Source of the DNA: an archaeon
Lineage (GTDB): Archaea; B1Sed10-29; JAVZDC01
Assembly: GCA_038874115.1 (NCBI GenBank)
Contig: JAVZDC010000001.1
Location: forward strand, 266,871 to 330,870
Reading direction: 5' to 3'
DNA length: 64,000 bases
The position numbers and the translations under genes are program-made. This document shows, piece by piece, positions 39,876-49,348 of this stretch. The notes below the pieces were generated by a model. The model did not search any database. It had not been told where the DNA came from and saw only the letters and a program-made list of their open reading frames with translations. Position 1 is the stretch's first letter, and each line of letters begins with the position of its first letter.

Positions 39876-41162
39876 TTAAAAAAGAAATGATTCTGGAATA
39901 CTTCTTTCAGAAATTTCACCACGTAAATTTTCACGCATCTTTCGACAAACTTCTTCAGGTGAAAGATTATGCCCAAGCAACCAACCCAACTTTACGTAAG
40001 CAGTTTCTGGAAGCATATCTTCGCAAAATACTGCTCCAGTTTTAGAAAGAATTCTTAAGTTCTCGTAAACGCTTGGGTGGGTTCTACCGTATAAAGTTTG
40101 AGTGGTTATCGCTACAACACATCCCTCTTTAATTGCTTTCTCTATATTTTTTATCCAAGAGTTTTCTCCTCTCGTAGGTACATGTCCAAGCCCTGTTCCT
40201 TCCAAAACAAGACCTTTGTATCCTTTTTCAAGGTAAAAATCGATTATCTCTGGCGATGCTCCAGGATATGTTTTTAAAATAGCTGTTTTTTCTTCAAATA
40301 CGGCATCTAACTTTACATCGGCAGTATTATCTCTTAAAACGTATTCTGAAATTTTTTCAAATTTGCCATCTGGGAAAACTTTTGCTAAAGGCAGACAATT
40401 AATTGGTCTAAAAGCATCTCTCCTAGAGGAATGCATTTTTCTTACTTTGGTTCCTCGAAGAACATAACAAAAATCATCACTCATCGTTGCATGCATACAA
40501 ATAGCGGTTTCTCCCAAATCCTTTGTTGCTGCAATAGCCGAACATATTACATTCATCGCAGCATCAGAAGATGGTCTATCGCTACTTCTCTGGGCTCCAG
40601 TAAGTATTATTGGTTTTTTACAAGAAATCATAAAAGAAAGAGCGGCAGATGTAAAATGCATAGTATCTGTACCGTGAAATATAATAATTCCATCTACTTT
40701 TTGAATGACCTTTGAAACTTCTTTTGCTAAAAGAATCCAATCCTTAGGACATAAATCCTCGCTCATTTTTAAGAAAGGAGTATAAGTACTCTCCACACAA
40801 ACAAAGTTGTAAAGCTCTGGTATTGATCCTATCAATTCCTCTGGCTTCATCAAAGCTTTCACAGCTCCAGTCCCGTATTCTACTTTCGAAGCTATTGTAC
40901 CGCCTGTAGAAAAAATCGATATCTTTGGCTTTGATTTATCAAAACTAAAAGAAAAAGATTTTTCTTCTAATTTTTCTTTTTTCTTTATTATCTCATATTT
41001 TGCGTTAGTTAAGTCTATCCCAACATTATAGCCATTTTTTAACTTTAAAACAATTATATTTTGTCCAGTAAACTCAGTGGATGGCATCACTAGGCCTTCA
41101 AAGATTTTTCCATCTTTCTTTATCCTTACGAAGTCCCCTGTATCTAAGTTCATAAACATCAT
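39876..41162 (-). CDS. gatD: Glutamyl-tRNA(Gln) amidotransferase subunit D (asparaginase-like).
   Basis: 428 aa with the asparaginase motif HGTDTM. Confidence 0.9.
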   Translation of the reverse strand: MMFMNLDTGDFVRIKKDGKIFEGLVMPSTEFTGQNIIVLKLKNGYNVGIDLTNAKYEIIKKKEKLEEKSFSFSFDKSKPKISIFSTGGTIASKVEYGTGAVKALMKPEELIGSIPELYNFVCVESTYTPFLKMSEDLCPKDWILLAKEVSKVIQKVDGIIIFHGTDTMHFTSAALSFMISCKKPIILTGAQRSSDRPSSDAAMNVICSAIAATKDLGETAICMHATMSDDFCYVLRGTKVRKMHSSRRDAFRPINCLPLAKVFPDGKFEKISEYVLRDNTADVKLDAVFEEKTAILKTYPGASPEIIDFYLEKGYKGLVLEGTGLGHVPTRGENSWIKNIEKAIKEGCVVAITTQTLYGRTHPSVYENLRILSKTGAVFCEDMLPETAYVKLGWLLGHNLSPEEVCRKMRENLRGEISERSIPESFLF

Positions 41163-41208
41163 CTTTAAAGAGCAAGTTGCGAAATATAATTTTTTCTATC
41201 GAAGATAT

Positions 41209-42723
41209 CTATAATTTCTTGGACATGTAATGCCCGTCCCTAACAAAACCTAATTTAGAATAATACTCTCTAACACCAACTCCACTTATAACGCATATTT
41301 TTTCAAAACCATTTTCTTTCGCAATTTCTTCCGCTTTTTCCACCAGCATTTTTCCAAATTTCCGATGCTGCACTTGTCCCTTTTCTTTTAAAGGAACTTG
41401 TTCTCCATAAACATGCAGTTCTCTTATGCCTGCTGAGGATTGAAGCTCAGGAAGAAAAGGATTGTTTAAAAATCTCAATCTTAAGAAACCTAAAAGTCTG
41501 TCCGAAGGAGTAATAAACTCGAGAAATATCTCTTTTCCTCCGCTCGCGTTATACTCTGTAGCTTTAAGACTGAATGTTTTATAATCTTCTGTTAGAATTT
41601 CTCTACATCTTATGCAATTGCATCTTAAACCTTTTTTCAAAAGTTTTTTCTCATAAATTTCGCGAATATTTGTATGAATCGGTCCAGCTAAAATTAATTT
41701 AGAAGGAATATCCCTTTCTACTCTCATTATTCTTACCCATCGAGGAATAAAAGAGGTAACATCCATCAAAAAATTTATTAATTCTTCCTCAGAATACGGT
41801 TTCCATTGGCCTTTTTCATATAGTTCTCTAAGTTTTTCTTGTTCAAAACCTTTAAGCAACAATGTTGGATAGATTTTAATCATATCTGGTTTAAAATTAT
41901 CATCTTCAAAAATTTTCCTAAACATATTTAAGTCCTTATAATAATCAGAACCTGGAAGACCCGGCATTAGATGATAACATATTTTAAACAAACTGTCCTT
42001 AGCTAATTGAGTTGCTTTAATAACATCTTTGACTGTGTGGCCTCTATTCACAAGATAATATATTGCATCATCTGGATTTTGAACACCCAGTTCTAACCTT
42101 GTTGTACCAAAATCAAGGAGTTTTTTTATTGTCTCTTCATTGATTTCGTCTGGCCTAGTTTCAATAGTTAAACCAACACATCTTTTATCCGCTGTTTCGT
42201 TTGCTTTTATAGCGCTTTCCAAATCTTTAGAATCAAACCCATTTAAACCATCATATATTCCTTTTATGAATGAGGTTTGATAATTGAACGGTTGGCTTGT
42301 GAAAGTTCCTCCCATAACTATAACATCGATTTTTTGAGGTTTGTGTCCCATGGATTCCAGTTGAGAAAGTCTATCTAAAATCTGTTTTTTAGAATCGTAT
42401 GAATGCTGTTGTCCTCTCATGGCTGCAGGTTCATGACCGGTGTAACTTTGAGGTGTCGTTCCTGTTCCAGGACAGTATATGCATTTTCCATGAGGGCAAG
42501 GCCAAGGTCTTGTCATAACTGCAACAACGGCAACTCCAGATAAAGTTCTTCTTGGTTTTTTCTTCAAAAAAACACGTACTCTTTCGTCGAAATTGCTGGC
42601 TGCATAGATTTCAGGGTTTGAAGGAACCTTACATTTATGTTTTTTAGCATATTTCTTTTTTAAAATTTCGAATTCTTCCCTGGACACTGTTCCATTTAAG
42701 ATTGCTTCAATTAACTCTTGCAT
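41209..42723 (-). CDS. elp3: Elp3-like radical SAM / GNAT acetyltransferase (tRNA U34 modification).
   Basis: A CPHGKCIYCPG radical SAM motif plus a C-terminal GNAT domain (ISGVGVREYYSKLGF). Confidence 0.9.
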   Translation of the reverse strand: MQELIEAILNGTVSREEFEILKKKYAKKHKCKVPSNPEIYAASNFDERVRVFLKKKPRRTLSGVAVVAVMTRPWPCPHGKCIYCPGTGTTPQSYTGHEPAAMRGQQHSYDSKKQILDRLSQLESMGHKPQKIDVIVMGGTFTSQPFNYQTSFIKGIYDGLNGFDSKDLESAIKANETADKRCVGLTIETRPDEINEETIKKLLDFGTTRLELGVQNPDDAIYYLVNRGHTVKDVIKATQLAKDSLFKICYHLMPGLPGSDYYKDLNMFRKIFEDDNFKPDMIKIYPTLLLKGFEQEKLRELYEKGQWKPYSEEELINFLMDVTSFIPRWVRIMRVERDIPSKLILAGPIHTNIREIYEKKLLKKGLRCNCIRCREILTEDYKTFSLKATEYNASGGKEIFLEFITPSDRLLGFLRLRFLNNPFLPELQSSAGIRELHVYGEQVPLKEKGQVQHRKFGKMLVEKAEEIAKENGFEKICVISGVGVREYYSKLGFVRDGHYMSKKL

Positions 42724-42751
42724 ATTAAATCTTTTTTAAAAGAGAAACTGT

Positions 42752-43492
42752 TTAGACTTTTAATAAAGAGAATAAAGAAAAGAAAGGTTGGAGAATTGGA
42801 ATTATGGAAAAACCTTCTGCGCAAGATTTGAACTTTGAAACAAGACTTGGGTAAATGCGAATTCCTGTTTGCTGTTTGTATTCTACATTGCCTCTAAAAA
42901 TAACTTTGACGTTATAAAAATTTTCTTCTGTCGGTGTCATGCACACACTAAAATTACCTTTAGATTTAGGAGGTACTTTCAAAATAGAGAATTCTTGCCA
43001 TCTGGAAGGAACTCCATCAAAATAAACTTCGAAATTCTCTTCTGCGATAGATTTACTTTCTACCCCCATTTGAAAGCAAGATCTTTCTCCGGCTTGTGCC
43101 GTGTATTGTTTGGAAACTGTAAACTTGAAAACATCATAATTACCTGAAAATATTATCCTTGAAGATTTCTGAATCTGGAGGTTTAAACTATTTGAAACTT
43201 TCAAATCTATGTAATGATTTCCAGGTCCGATCCCTTTAGCTAAAATAGTGAAGTGGGTTGCATTAGTTTGAATGCTTGTGTTTACGTCCGAGTGAACATC
43301 AAAAGTATCCCATAAATATGCTCCAGAAGATCTTTCAAAAATAAGTTTTAATTCTTGCCCTGGAGCCACCTCTCCCAAATTAACTTGGTCCGGAAGAATC
43401 ATTTTTTCAGGATAGATGAGCCTCAAATCAACTTCGGAACATAATCCTAGACAAGAAATTAAAGCGAAAATTAAAGCAAACTTGTACTTCAT
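42752..43492 (-). CDS. Secreted beta-rich hypothetical protein.
   Basis: 246 aa with an N-terminal signal peptide (MKYKFALIFALISCLGLCS). Confidence 0.5.
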   Translation of the reverse strand: MKYKFALIFALISCLGLCSEVDLRLIYPEKMILPDQVNLGEVAPGQELKLIFERSSGAYLWDTFDVHSDVNTSIQTNATHFTILAKGIGPGNHYIDLKVSNSLNLQIQKSSRIIFSGNYDVFKFTVSKQYTAQAGERSCFQMGVESKSIAEENFEVYFDGVPSRWQEFSILKVPPKSKGNFSVCMTPTEENFYNVKVIFRGNVEYKQQTGIRIYPSLVSKFKSCAEGFSIIPILQPFFSLFSLLKV

Positions 43493-43631
43493 GAATTTCT
43501 TATAAAAATTTGAATTTATAAGAATATCGTTAAAAAGTAAAAATGAATCTCCACTCGTACATTTTCTGTTTTAATACCAAAGACGAACTTGGAAAAGAAT
43601 AATTTTTTAATATTTTTTAACGTTTTACTTC

Positions 43632-44933
43632 TTGATGCCTGTAGAAAATTCTGAATTGCCGGGTTTTTATAAACTTTCTATTGAAGAAAGATTGAAAATC
43701 TTAAGTAAATTAGCAAACTTGGATGAAGATGAAGTAAATCAATTGAAAGGAAATCCTTTGCGGTTGGAAATTGCAGACAAAATGATTGAAAATGTGATAG
43801 GGACGTTTCAAGTACCTTTAGGAATCGCAACTAGTTTCAAAATAAATGGGAAAGACTATCTTGTACCAATGGCAATCGAAGAACCAAGTGTCATAGCTGC
43901 TGCGAGTAATGCGGCGAAAATTGCTAGAAAATCTGGAGGATTTAAAGCCGAAAGTGATGAACCCATAATGATTGGACAGATCCAAATTTTAAATATTCCA
44001 AACGTTGAAAATGCAAAAAAAGAAATTTTTGAAAACTTAAAAGAAATTAAAAGAATTTGCAATGAAAAACATACGAATTTAGTTAACGCTGGGGGAGGGT
44101 TTAAAGACTTATTTTTGTATGAATTAAACACGGAGATAGGAAAAATGCTAATTGTAAACTTATTAGTTGATGTTAGGGATGCTATGGGGGCCAATGTAAT
44201 AAACTCGATGTGTGAAACTTTAGCTCCTTTCTTGGAAAAGATAACTGGTGGGACGGTAAGGTTAAGAATACTCTCAAACCTTGCGGTTTATAGAAAAGTA
44301 AAAGCTGAAGCAATTTTTAGTAAAGAAGCTATAGAAGAAAGTTTTAAAGGTGAGATTTCTGGGGAAGAGGCGATTGAAAATATTTTACAAGCATATTATT
44401 TTGCGAAAAATGATAAGTTTAGAGCAACGACCCACAATAAAGGAATAATGAATGGAATAGATGCTGTCGCCTTGGCTACCGGAAATGATTTTAGAGCTTT
44501 GGAAGCCGGCGCCCATGCGTTTGCATCTTTAAAGCAAGGATATGGACCATTAACCGAATATTATAAAAATGATAACGGAGATTTGGTTGGAAGGATTGAA
44601 ATACCTCTTGCTTTTGGGATAGCTGGCGGAATAACCAAGTCTCATCCTTTAGTAAAGATAAACTTAAAGATACTTGGAGTTAAGAGCGCGCAGGAGTTAG
44701 CGGAAGTTGCTGCTTGTGTTGGTCTTGCAAACAATTTTGCTAGTTTAAGAGCTCTTGCAACAGAAGGGATTCAAAAAGGGCATATGAAACTACATGCAAA
44801 AAATATAGCTATGAGCGTTGGAGCTACAGGGCGAGAAGTTGAAGAAATTGTGGAAAAAATGGTTGAAGAAAAAAATATTTCCATGAGTAGAGCTAAAGAG
44901 ATTTTAGAAGAGATTAGGAAAAGTAAGATTTGA
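43632..44933 (+). CDS. hmgA: HMG-CoA reductase.
   Basis: 433 aa with conserved blocks DAMGANVINSMCE and GTVGG-like. Confidence 0.9.
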   Translation: MMPVENSELPGFYKLSIEERLKILSKLANLDEDEVNQLKGNPLRLEIADKMIENVIGTFQVPLGIATSFKINGKDYLVPMAIEEPSVIAAASNAAKIARKSGGFKAESDEPIMIGQIQILNIPNVENAKKEIFENLKEIKRICNEKHTNLVNAGGGFKDLFLYELNTEIGKMLIVNLLVDVRDAMGANVINSMCETLAPFLEKITGGTVRLRILSNLAVYRKVKAEAIFSKEAIEESFKGEISGEEAIENILQAYYFAKNDKFRATTHNKGIMNGIDAVALATGNDFRALEAGAHAFASLKQGYGPLTEYYKNDNGDLVGRIEIPLAFGIAGGITKSHPLVKINLKILGVKSAQELAEVAACVGLANNFASLRALATEGIQKGHMKLHAKNIAMSVGATGREVEEIVEKMVEEKNISMSRAKEILEEIRKSKI

Positions 44934-45270
44934 ACCAAGAATCGATATCTGTCACATTTTCTTTTGATAAAATCTCCGCATCTTTTTCAATTTCTTTGAT
45001 GAATATCTTTGTGCGATTAAAAGAAAAAGCTAACAGTGGTTTCGCTTTGTATCTTTTTGCCAGTTCCAATAGCTCTTTGAGGTTATAAACATAAATCTTA
45101 TCTTTCGATGATTTTTTACATTGAATGAAAAATAAATCTTTATTTTTAGAAATTACAACCAAGTCCAGTGGGCTTTTCGATGCTGGGCTTCGGAGTACTA
45201 AGAAACCGTTTTTTTCGAAATAAGTCTTCAATCGATACTCGAACTTATACCCTTTTCTATAGTTCGTCAT
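44914..45270 (-). CDS. hjc: Holliday junction resolvase Hjc.
   Basis: 118 aa with KGYKFEYRL...LRSPASKSPLDLVV...IQCK (Hjc catalytic motif pattern). Confidence 0.85.
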   Translation of the reverse strand: MTNYRKGYKFEYRLKTYFEKNGFLVLRSPASKSPLDLVVISKNKDLFFIQCKKSSKDKIYVYNLKELLELAKRYKAKPLLAFSFNRTKIFIKEIEKDAEILSKENVTDIDSWFKSYFS

Positions 45271-45274
45271 TAAT

Positions 45275-45619
45275 TCAGCCTACTAGTTTTAAATTTCCAG
45301 TATATTTATCTATCTCAGAATCATCCCATGGTCCAAGACCAAAACAAGTTATAGTTCCAGGCTCAAGTTGAGTCATACCTGCGTCTCTGATCAGGGCTTT
45401 TGGAATATTTTTTATAGAGTTATAAAGTTCTAAAAGCTTTTCCTGATCTTCTACATAAACTACAACTTTCTTTGCCCCTTCCCGCAACCATTTTTCCGTT
45501 TTTTCTTTGTCTTTTTTCCAAGCTTCCAAAAAAGCTTGTAAAGAAGCATGCGCTACTTGGACCGACATTTTTCCTTTCTTAAGTTTTAAATCCTTCCTGA
45601 CAACAATTACTTGTTTCAT
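45275..45619 (-). CDS. pth2: Peptidyl-tRNA hydrolase Pth2.
   Basis: MKQVIVVRKDLKLKKGKMSVQVAHAS. Confidence 0.9.
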   Translation of the reverse strand: MKQVIVVRKDLKLKKGKMSVQVAHASLQAFLEAWKKDKEKTEKWLREGAKKVVVYVEDQEKLLELYNSIKNIPKALIRDAGMTQLEPGTITCFGLGPWDDSEIDKYTGNLKLVG

Positions 45620-45700
45620 GTTTTTATTTTTAAAAATAGAAAGTTTTAAATATTATGGTTTCAAAAAAATAAATAACTTTATTTTAAATTAAGGAGAATT
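45620..45700 (+). promoter_or_regulatory. AT-rich intergenic promoter region upstream of rpoK, with TATA-like TTTTAAAT/TTTAAATA and a GGAG ribosome-binding site before the ATG.
   Basis: TATA-like boxes and AAGGAGAATT directly 5' of the ATG at 45701. Confidence 0.3.
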
Positions 45701-45937
45701 ATGTTAACTCGTTTTGAAATTACAAGAATAATCTCAGCTAGGGCTCACCAAATAGCTCTAGGAAGCCCGACATTTATTAAAGTTAAAGATGAAAAAGATC
45801 CGTTCCTTTTAGCTAAAGCTGAATTTGATGCTAAAGTGTTGCCAATACTAGTCCTGCGGACCTTGCCAAATGGAGAAATAGTATATTTAGATCTTGATGG
45901 AAAAGTGGTAGATTATGGGAAAGCAAAAAAGCAGTAA
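45701..45937 (+). CDS. rpoK: RNA polymerase subunit K (Rpb6/omega).
   Basis: LTRFEITRIISARAHQIALGSP. Confidence 0.85.
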   Translation: MLTRFEITRIISARAHQIALGSPTFIKVKDEKDPFLLAKAEFDAKVLPILVLRTLPNGEIVYLDLDGKVVDYGKAKKQ

Positions 45938-46109
45938 ACATGAAAGAATGGCAGAGATAATTTTTAAAGAAATGAGAGATAAAATAACAGAAGATTTCTC
46001 TAAAAATAAAAAGCTTTTAATAGAATTAAATCTTGGTCTTTCAAAAGTTGAAAGGAACATACTTGCTGGCATACTTACTAATAAAGCTAAGAAAGGGGAA
46101 ACTCTTTAA
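45915..46109 (+). CDS. Small basic hypothetical protein.
   Basis: 64 aa. Overlaps the rpoK end. No recognised family. Confidence 0.25.
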   Translation: MGKQKSSKHERMAEIIFKEMRDKITEDFSKNKKLLIELNLGLSKVERNILAGILTNKAKKGETL

Positions 46110-48385
46110 TCCCCAGAAACAAAGGATTCAAAGCTAATCTTTGTTGGTTCGTCTGCTTCTTTCTTTCTATCTAATTTGTATAAATATGCAGAAGCCGCTC
46201 CTTCTAATTCCTCATCGTGTGTGATTATGAATATTTGATCTACTATTTTTGGCAAATACTCTCTTAAAGTTTTAGAAAGCTCTAAAACGCCTTTTTTATC
46301 AAGGTTGTGAGTTGGTTCGTCCAAGATTAACCAAGAAAGGTTTTGGGCTAAAACTAAAGAAAAGCTAATTCTCAAAGCAAGACAAGCAGAACTTCTTTCC
46401 CCTCCACTTGAAATTCCTTCAACTTGAACGTATTCCATGTCTCTTTTTAATAACTGGAGAACATAATCCCCGTGTTCATCAACAGCAAGCCTTAAGCCCT
46501 TGTAATCTTCGTAAGGGTATATCTTTTTCCAAACGTCAAAAAGAATCGCATTCGTATTTTCTACAAAAACAGATCTAAGTTCATTCTGAGTTGCTTGAAG
46601 TGCTTTCTGTAAAATCTCAAAATTATGAACATATTTCTTTAATTTCTCTAAATCTTTCTCCTTTTTCTCTTTTTGAGCAATTAGATCAAATATATTATGT
46701 AATCTCTTTTCCTTTTCAAAAACTAAATCCTCCAAAGATTTTATCTCTTGCTCCAAAACAGAACATTTTTTTTCAATTTCCTTCAAACTTTCAAAAATGC
46801 TTTTCTCTTTTTCTTCAGAATATGAAAGCTCATTTATCTCAAGCTTTAACTTTTCAATTTCTTTTTCTAAATCCTGAAGGGCTCTCAAGTTTTTATAATA
46901 CTCTAATTTTTTCTCAAAAACAGAAATTTCTTTTAAGATCTCAGAAAGATCCCTAGGCTTTTGAATAGAACTTATTACTTTCTCCAAATTTTCTAAATCC
47001 TCTTTCAATTTTTTCAAATCTTCTCTTTTTTGTTTTGCTTGCTTAATCATTTTATCAAGTTCTTTCGAAGCTTCAATCTCCTTTTCAAGATCTTCCAATG
47101 CTTTTTCAAGATTCTCTTTTTCCTTTTTCATAATGTCTATTTTTTCCTGGATCGATGCAATCTTTTTATCAATTTCCAAAAGTTCTTTCATTTTTGCTTC
47201 CAAAATCTGCGGATTCTCGGAAAAATCACTGCCACATATCGGGCACTGTTTGTTTTCTCTTATTATTTTTATATTCTCAGAAACTTGTTTCTTACTTTGA
47301 ACAGTTTGAGCCAATTCAAAAAGATGTTTTTCTATAGAATCTCTTAACTTTTGAAGATCGAGTTCCAAGTTTTGCTTCTTCTTTAAGAATGTTTCCAAAT
47401 TGGATTCTTCTACAGTTGGTGCTTGCTTTAAAAAATCTTCTATTTGAGAAATAGAATACATAATCTTATTTTTATCTATTTCATACTTTTGAAGAAGTTT
47501 CATTTTTTCTTTCGAATCTTCGTATTCCTTCCTTAAACTTTCAATTTTTTCTTGAATTGCGGATTCATCTTCACTAGGCTTTTCTCCGATTTTAAGTTGG
47601 ATCGACTCTTTCATTCCAATTTTTTTCTTTAAAGCATCGTTCAAACTTAAGAATTTATTCTTTAATTGAATTATCTCCGCATATTCTTGTTTTAAGTCTC
47701 TTAGATTTTCAGAAAATTTAGAGAAATCTTTCTTTTTTTCAGAAAGTTTTTCTTGAATTTTCTTAATTTCTTCTTGTATTGGTTTTGGATCCTCGATTTG
47801 AATGTATTTCAAAAAGTTTTGGATATCTTGAATTCTAGATTCTAACCTTGAACAAAGAGTTATTATGCTTTTTCTCGCATTCTCATACTTTTCTATTTTT
47901 AAAAGTTCGTCTATCTTCATTTTTCTTTGGGATTTAGGAATTTCTAAAAAGTAATCTATCCTGTTCTGCTCAGCATAAACTGCTCTAGAAAACAAATCAT
48001 AGTTTATCCCTAGAATTTCAGTGATCTTTTCAGTCACTCTTTGAGGGCCAACTTCTATCAGAAAAGAATCTTTCCTAAGTTCTGCATTTGATCCCTTTCC
48101 ACGTTTTATTTCACGTCTAACTACATAAACTTCATTCCCGTTTGTAAACTCTAGTTCAATAAATCCCCTATCTTTCTTTTTTGGTTTATCCATCAAAAGA
48201 TCGTCAACTTTTATCTTTTTTTGCTGAAGTTCTGGGAAAGTTCCAAAAAGGGCAAAACAAATGGCGTTTAAAACTGTTGATTTTCCAGATCCCATCGGGC
48301 CAATTAAAACGTTTGTTCCTTTATCAAAATAAAGTTCTGACCTTTCATGAGATCGAATATTCTCTAAAAGTATTCTTTTAATCAT
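46106..48385 (-). CDS. rad50: Rad50-like SMC-family ATPase with a zinc hook.
   Basis: N-terminal Walker A GPMGSGKST, a long coiled coil with a central CPICG hook, and C-terminal signature/D-loop (ILDEPT). No mre11 adjacent. Confidence 0.85.
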   Translation of the reverse strand: MIKRILLENIRSHERSELYFDKGTNVLIGPMGSGKSTVLNAICFALFGTFPELQQKKIKVDDLLMDKPKKKDRGFIELEFTNGNEVYVVRREIKRGKGSNAELRKDSFLIEVGPQRVTEKITEILGINYDLFSRAVYAEQNRIDYFLEIPKSQRKMKIDELLKIEKYENARKSIITLCSRLESRIQDIQNFLKYIQIEDPKPIQEEIKKIQEKLSEKKKDFSKFSENLRDLKQEYAEIIQLKNKFLSLNDALKKKIGMKESIQLKIGEKPSEDESAIQEKIESLRKEYEDSKEKMKLLQKYEIDKNKIMYSISQIEDFLKQAPTVEESNLETFLKKKQNLELDLQKLRDSIEKHLFELAQTVQSKKQVSENIKIIRENKQCPICGSDFSENPQILEAKMKELLEIDKKIASIQEKIDIMKKEKENLEKALEDLEKEIEASKELDKMIKQAKQKREDLKKLKEDLENLEKVISSIQKPRDLSEILKEISVFEKKLEYYKNLRALQDLEKEIEKLKLEINELSYSEEKEKSIFESLKEIEKKCSVLEQEIKSLEDLVFEKEKRLHNIFDLIAQKEKKEKDLEKLKKYVHNFEILQKALQATQNELRSVFVENTNAILFDVWKKIYPYEDYKGLRLAVDEHGDYVLQLLKRDMEYVQVEGISSGGERSSACLALRISFSLVLAQNLSWLILDEPTHNLDKKGVLELSKTLREYLPKIVDQIFIITHDEELEGAASAYLYKLDRKKEADEPTKISFESFVSGD

Positions 48386-48418
48386 AATATTTATTTTTAT
48401 CTTCAAGGATTAAAAAAT

Positions 48419-48808
48419 ATGCGATTCATTTGCGATGCAATGCTTGCCAAACTTGGTAGATGGCTTAGAATGGCTGGTTATGATACCAAAATAGCGTCAA
48501 ACAAAGAAAAGGATGAAGAAATTTTGGATAAAGCAATAAGGGAAGATAGGATAATTCTTACTCGAGATAAAAACCTTTCAAGGTATAAAAGAGCGATTTA
48601 TATAACTTCAGATAACCTTCAAGAACAATTAGAACAAACAAAAAAACTTGGGATAGAGTTTAAATTCCCTGAAGAATCGTTTTGTCCTGTTTGCGGTGGA
48701 GAACTAGTGAAAGAAAGAGAAATATGGGTATGTAAAGAATGTAAGAAGAGATATTGGAAAGGAAGTCATTGGAAAGGGATTTTAAAAAGATTTAACTTAT
48801 CAGACTAA
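48419..48808 (+). CDS. Mut7-C/DUF82 PIN-like nuclease-fold protein with a C-terminal zinc ribbon.
   Basis: MRFICDAMLAKLGRWLRMAGYDT... and CPVCGG...CKEC. Confidence 0.75.
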   Translation: MRFICDAMLAKLGRWLRMAGYDTKIASNKEKDEEILDKAIREDRIILTRDKNLSRYKRAIYITSDNLQEQLEQTKKLGIEFKFPEESFCPVCGGELVKEREIWVCKECKKRYWKGSHWKGILKRFNLSD

Positions 48809-49046
48809 CTTCCAAGCAATCTAACTCTTTCACTCCCTTTATTGTTCTCAATTTATCTTCAACCTCTTGTGGATTCCCAGTCTTATCATCCACAACTACT
48901 CCAACTTTTATAACTTCTAAACCAAAAGCAATAGGTTCTCTTTGAACTCCCTTCACTTCTGGAATTTTTGCAAGTTCATCTATCATTTGCTTTAAATCCT
49001 GATTTTCTTCAGGGTAAATTCTATAGATCGCTAAAGCTTTCCCCAT
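48792..49046 (-). CDS. Translation elongation factor 1-beta (aEF-1beta).
   Basis: Product from the internal Met: MGKALAIYRIYPE...GLEVIKVGVVVDD...LDCLEVSLIS. The longer listed ORF (to 49166) is an extension. Confidence 0.85.
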   Translation of the reverse strand: MGKALAIYRIYPEENQDLKQMIDELAKIPEVKGVQREPIAFGLEVIKVGVVVDDKTGNPQEVEDKLRTIKGVKELDCLEVSLIS

Positions 49047-49053
49047 AAAACCA

Positions 49054-49215
49054 CTATGGACCAGTAAAACCACAAGATTTACAAGTATACTGTACTGTGT
49101 TTTGCCTGCAAAAGTCACATCTAATGATTTTTTCTTTTCCGCAGGCAGGGCAGTTAAAAGAAACATAATCGTTTGTAACTTCTCGGTTACAAGAACTACA
49201 TTTGTGCAGAATCAT
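49054..49215 (-). CDS. Small 4-Cys zinc-ribbon protein (53 aa). Not in the ORF track.
   Basis: Translates MILHKCSSCNREVTNDYVSFNCPACGKEKIIRCDFCRQNTVQYTCKSCGFTGP. Ends 7 nt upstream of the aEF-1beta ATG, a conserved archaeal pairing. Confidence 0.6.
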   Translation of the reverse strand: MILHKCSSCNREVTNDYVSFNCPACGKEKIIRCDFCRQNTVQYTCKSCGFTGP

Positions 49216-49269
49216 CACCTTTTGTATCGGACAAATATTTATTTTATTGAAACTAGTATATAAAAATAA

Positions 49270-49343
49270 GCCCTCATCGTCCAGTCTGGATAGGATGGAG
49301 CCCTGCGGAGGCTCAGACCCGGGTTCGAATCCCGGTGAGGGCG
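49270..49343 (+). tRNA. tRNA-Arg (anticodon GCG).
   Basis: Cloverleaf: acceptor GCCCTCA/TGAGGGC, anticodon stem GAGCC/GGCTC with loop CTGCGGA, T-arm CCGGGTTCGAATCCCGG. Preceded by TATATAAAAATAA. Confidence 0.9.
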
Positions 49344-49348
49344 TTTTC

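Noticed and set aside
45915-46109. Possible identification of the 64-aa ORF after rpoK as RpoN/Spt4 or another small RNAP subunit.
   Set aside because: It has no CxxC zinc motif and no match to the RpoN/RpoP/Spt4 consensus. It is kept only as a low-confidence hypothetical.
46591-47347. Several plus-strand ORFs (121, 105 and 60 aa) inside rad50.
   Set aside because: They are antisense to the Rad50 coiled-coil region. The repetitive K/E codons on one strand give F/L-rich ORFs on the other.
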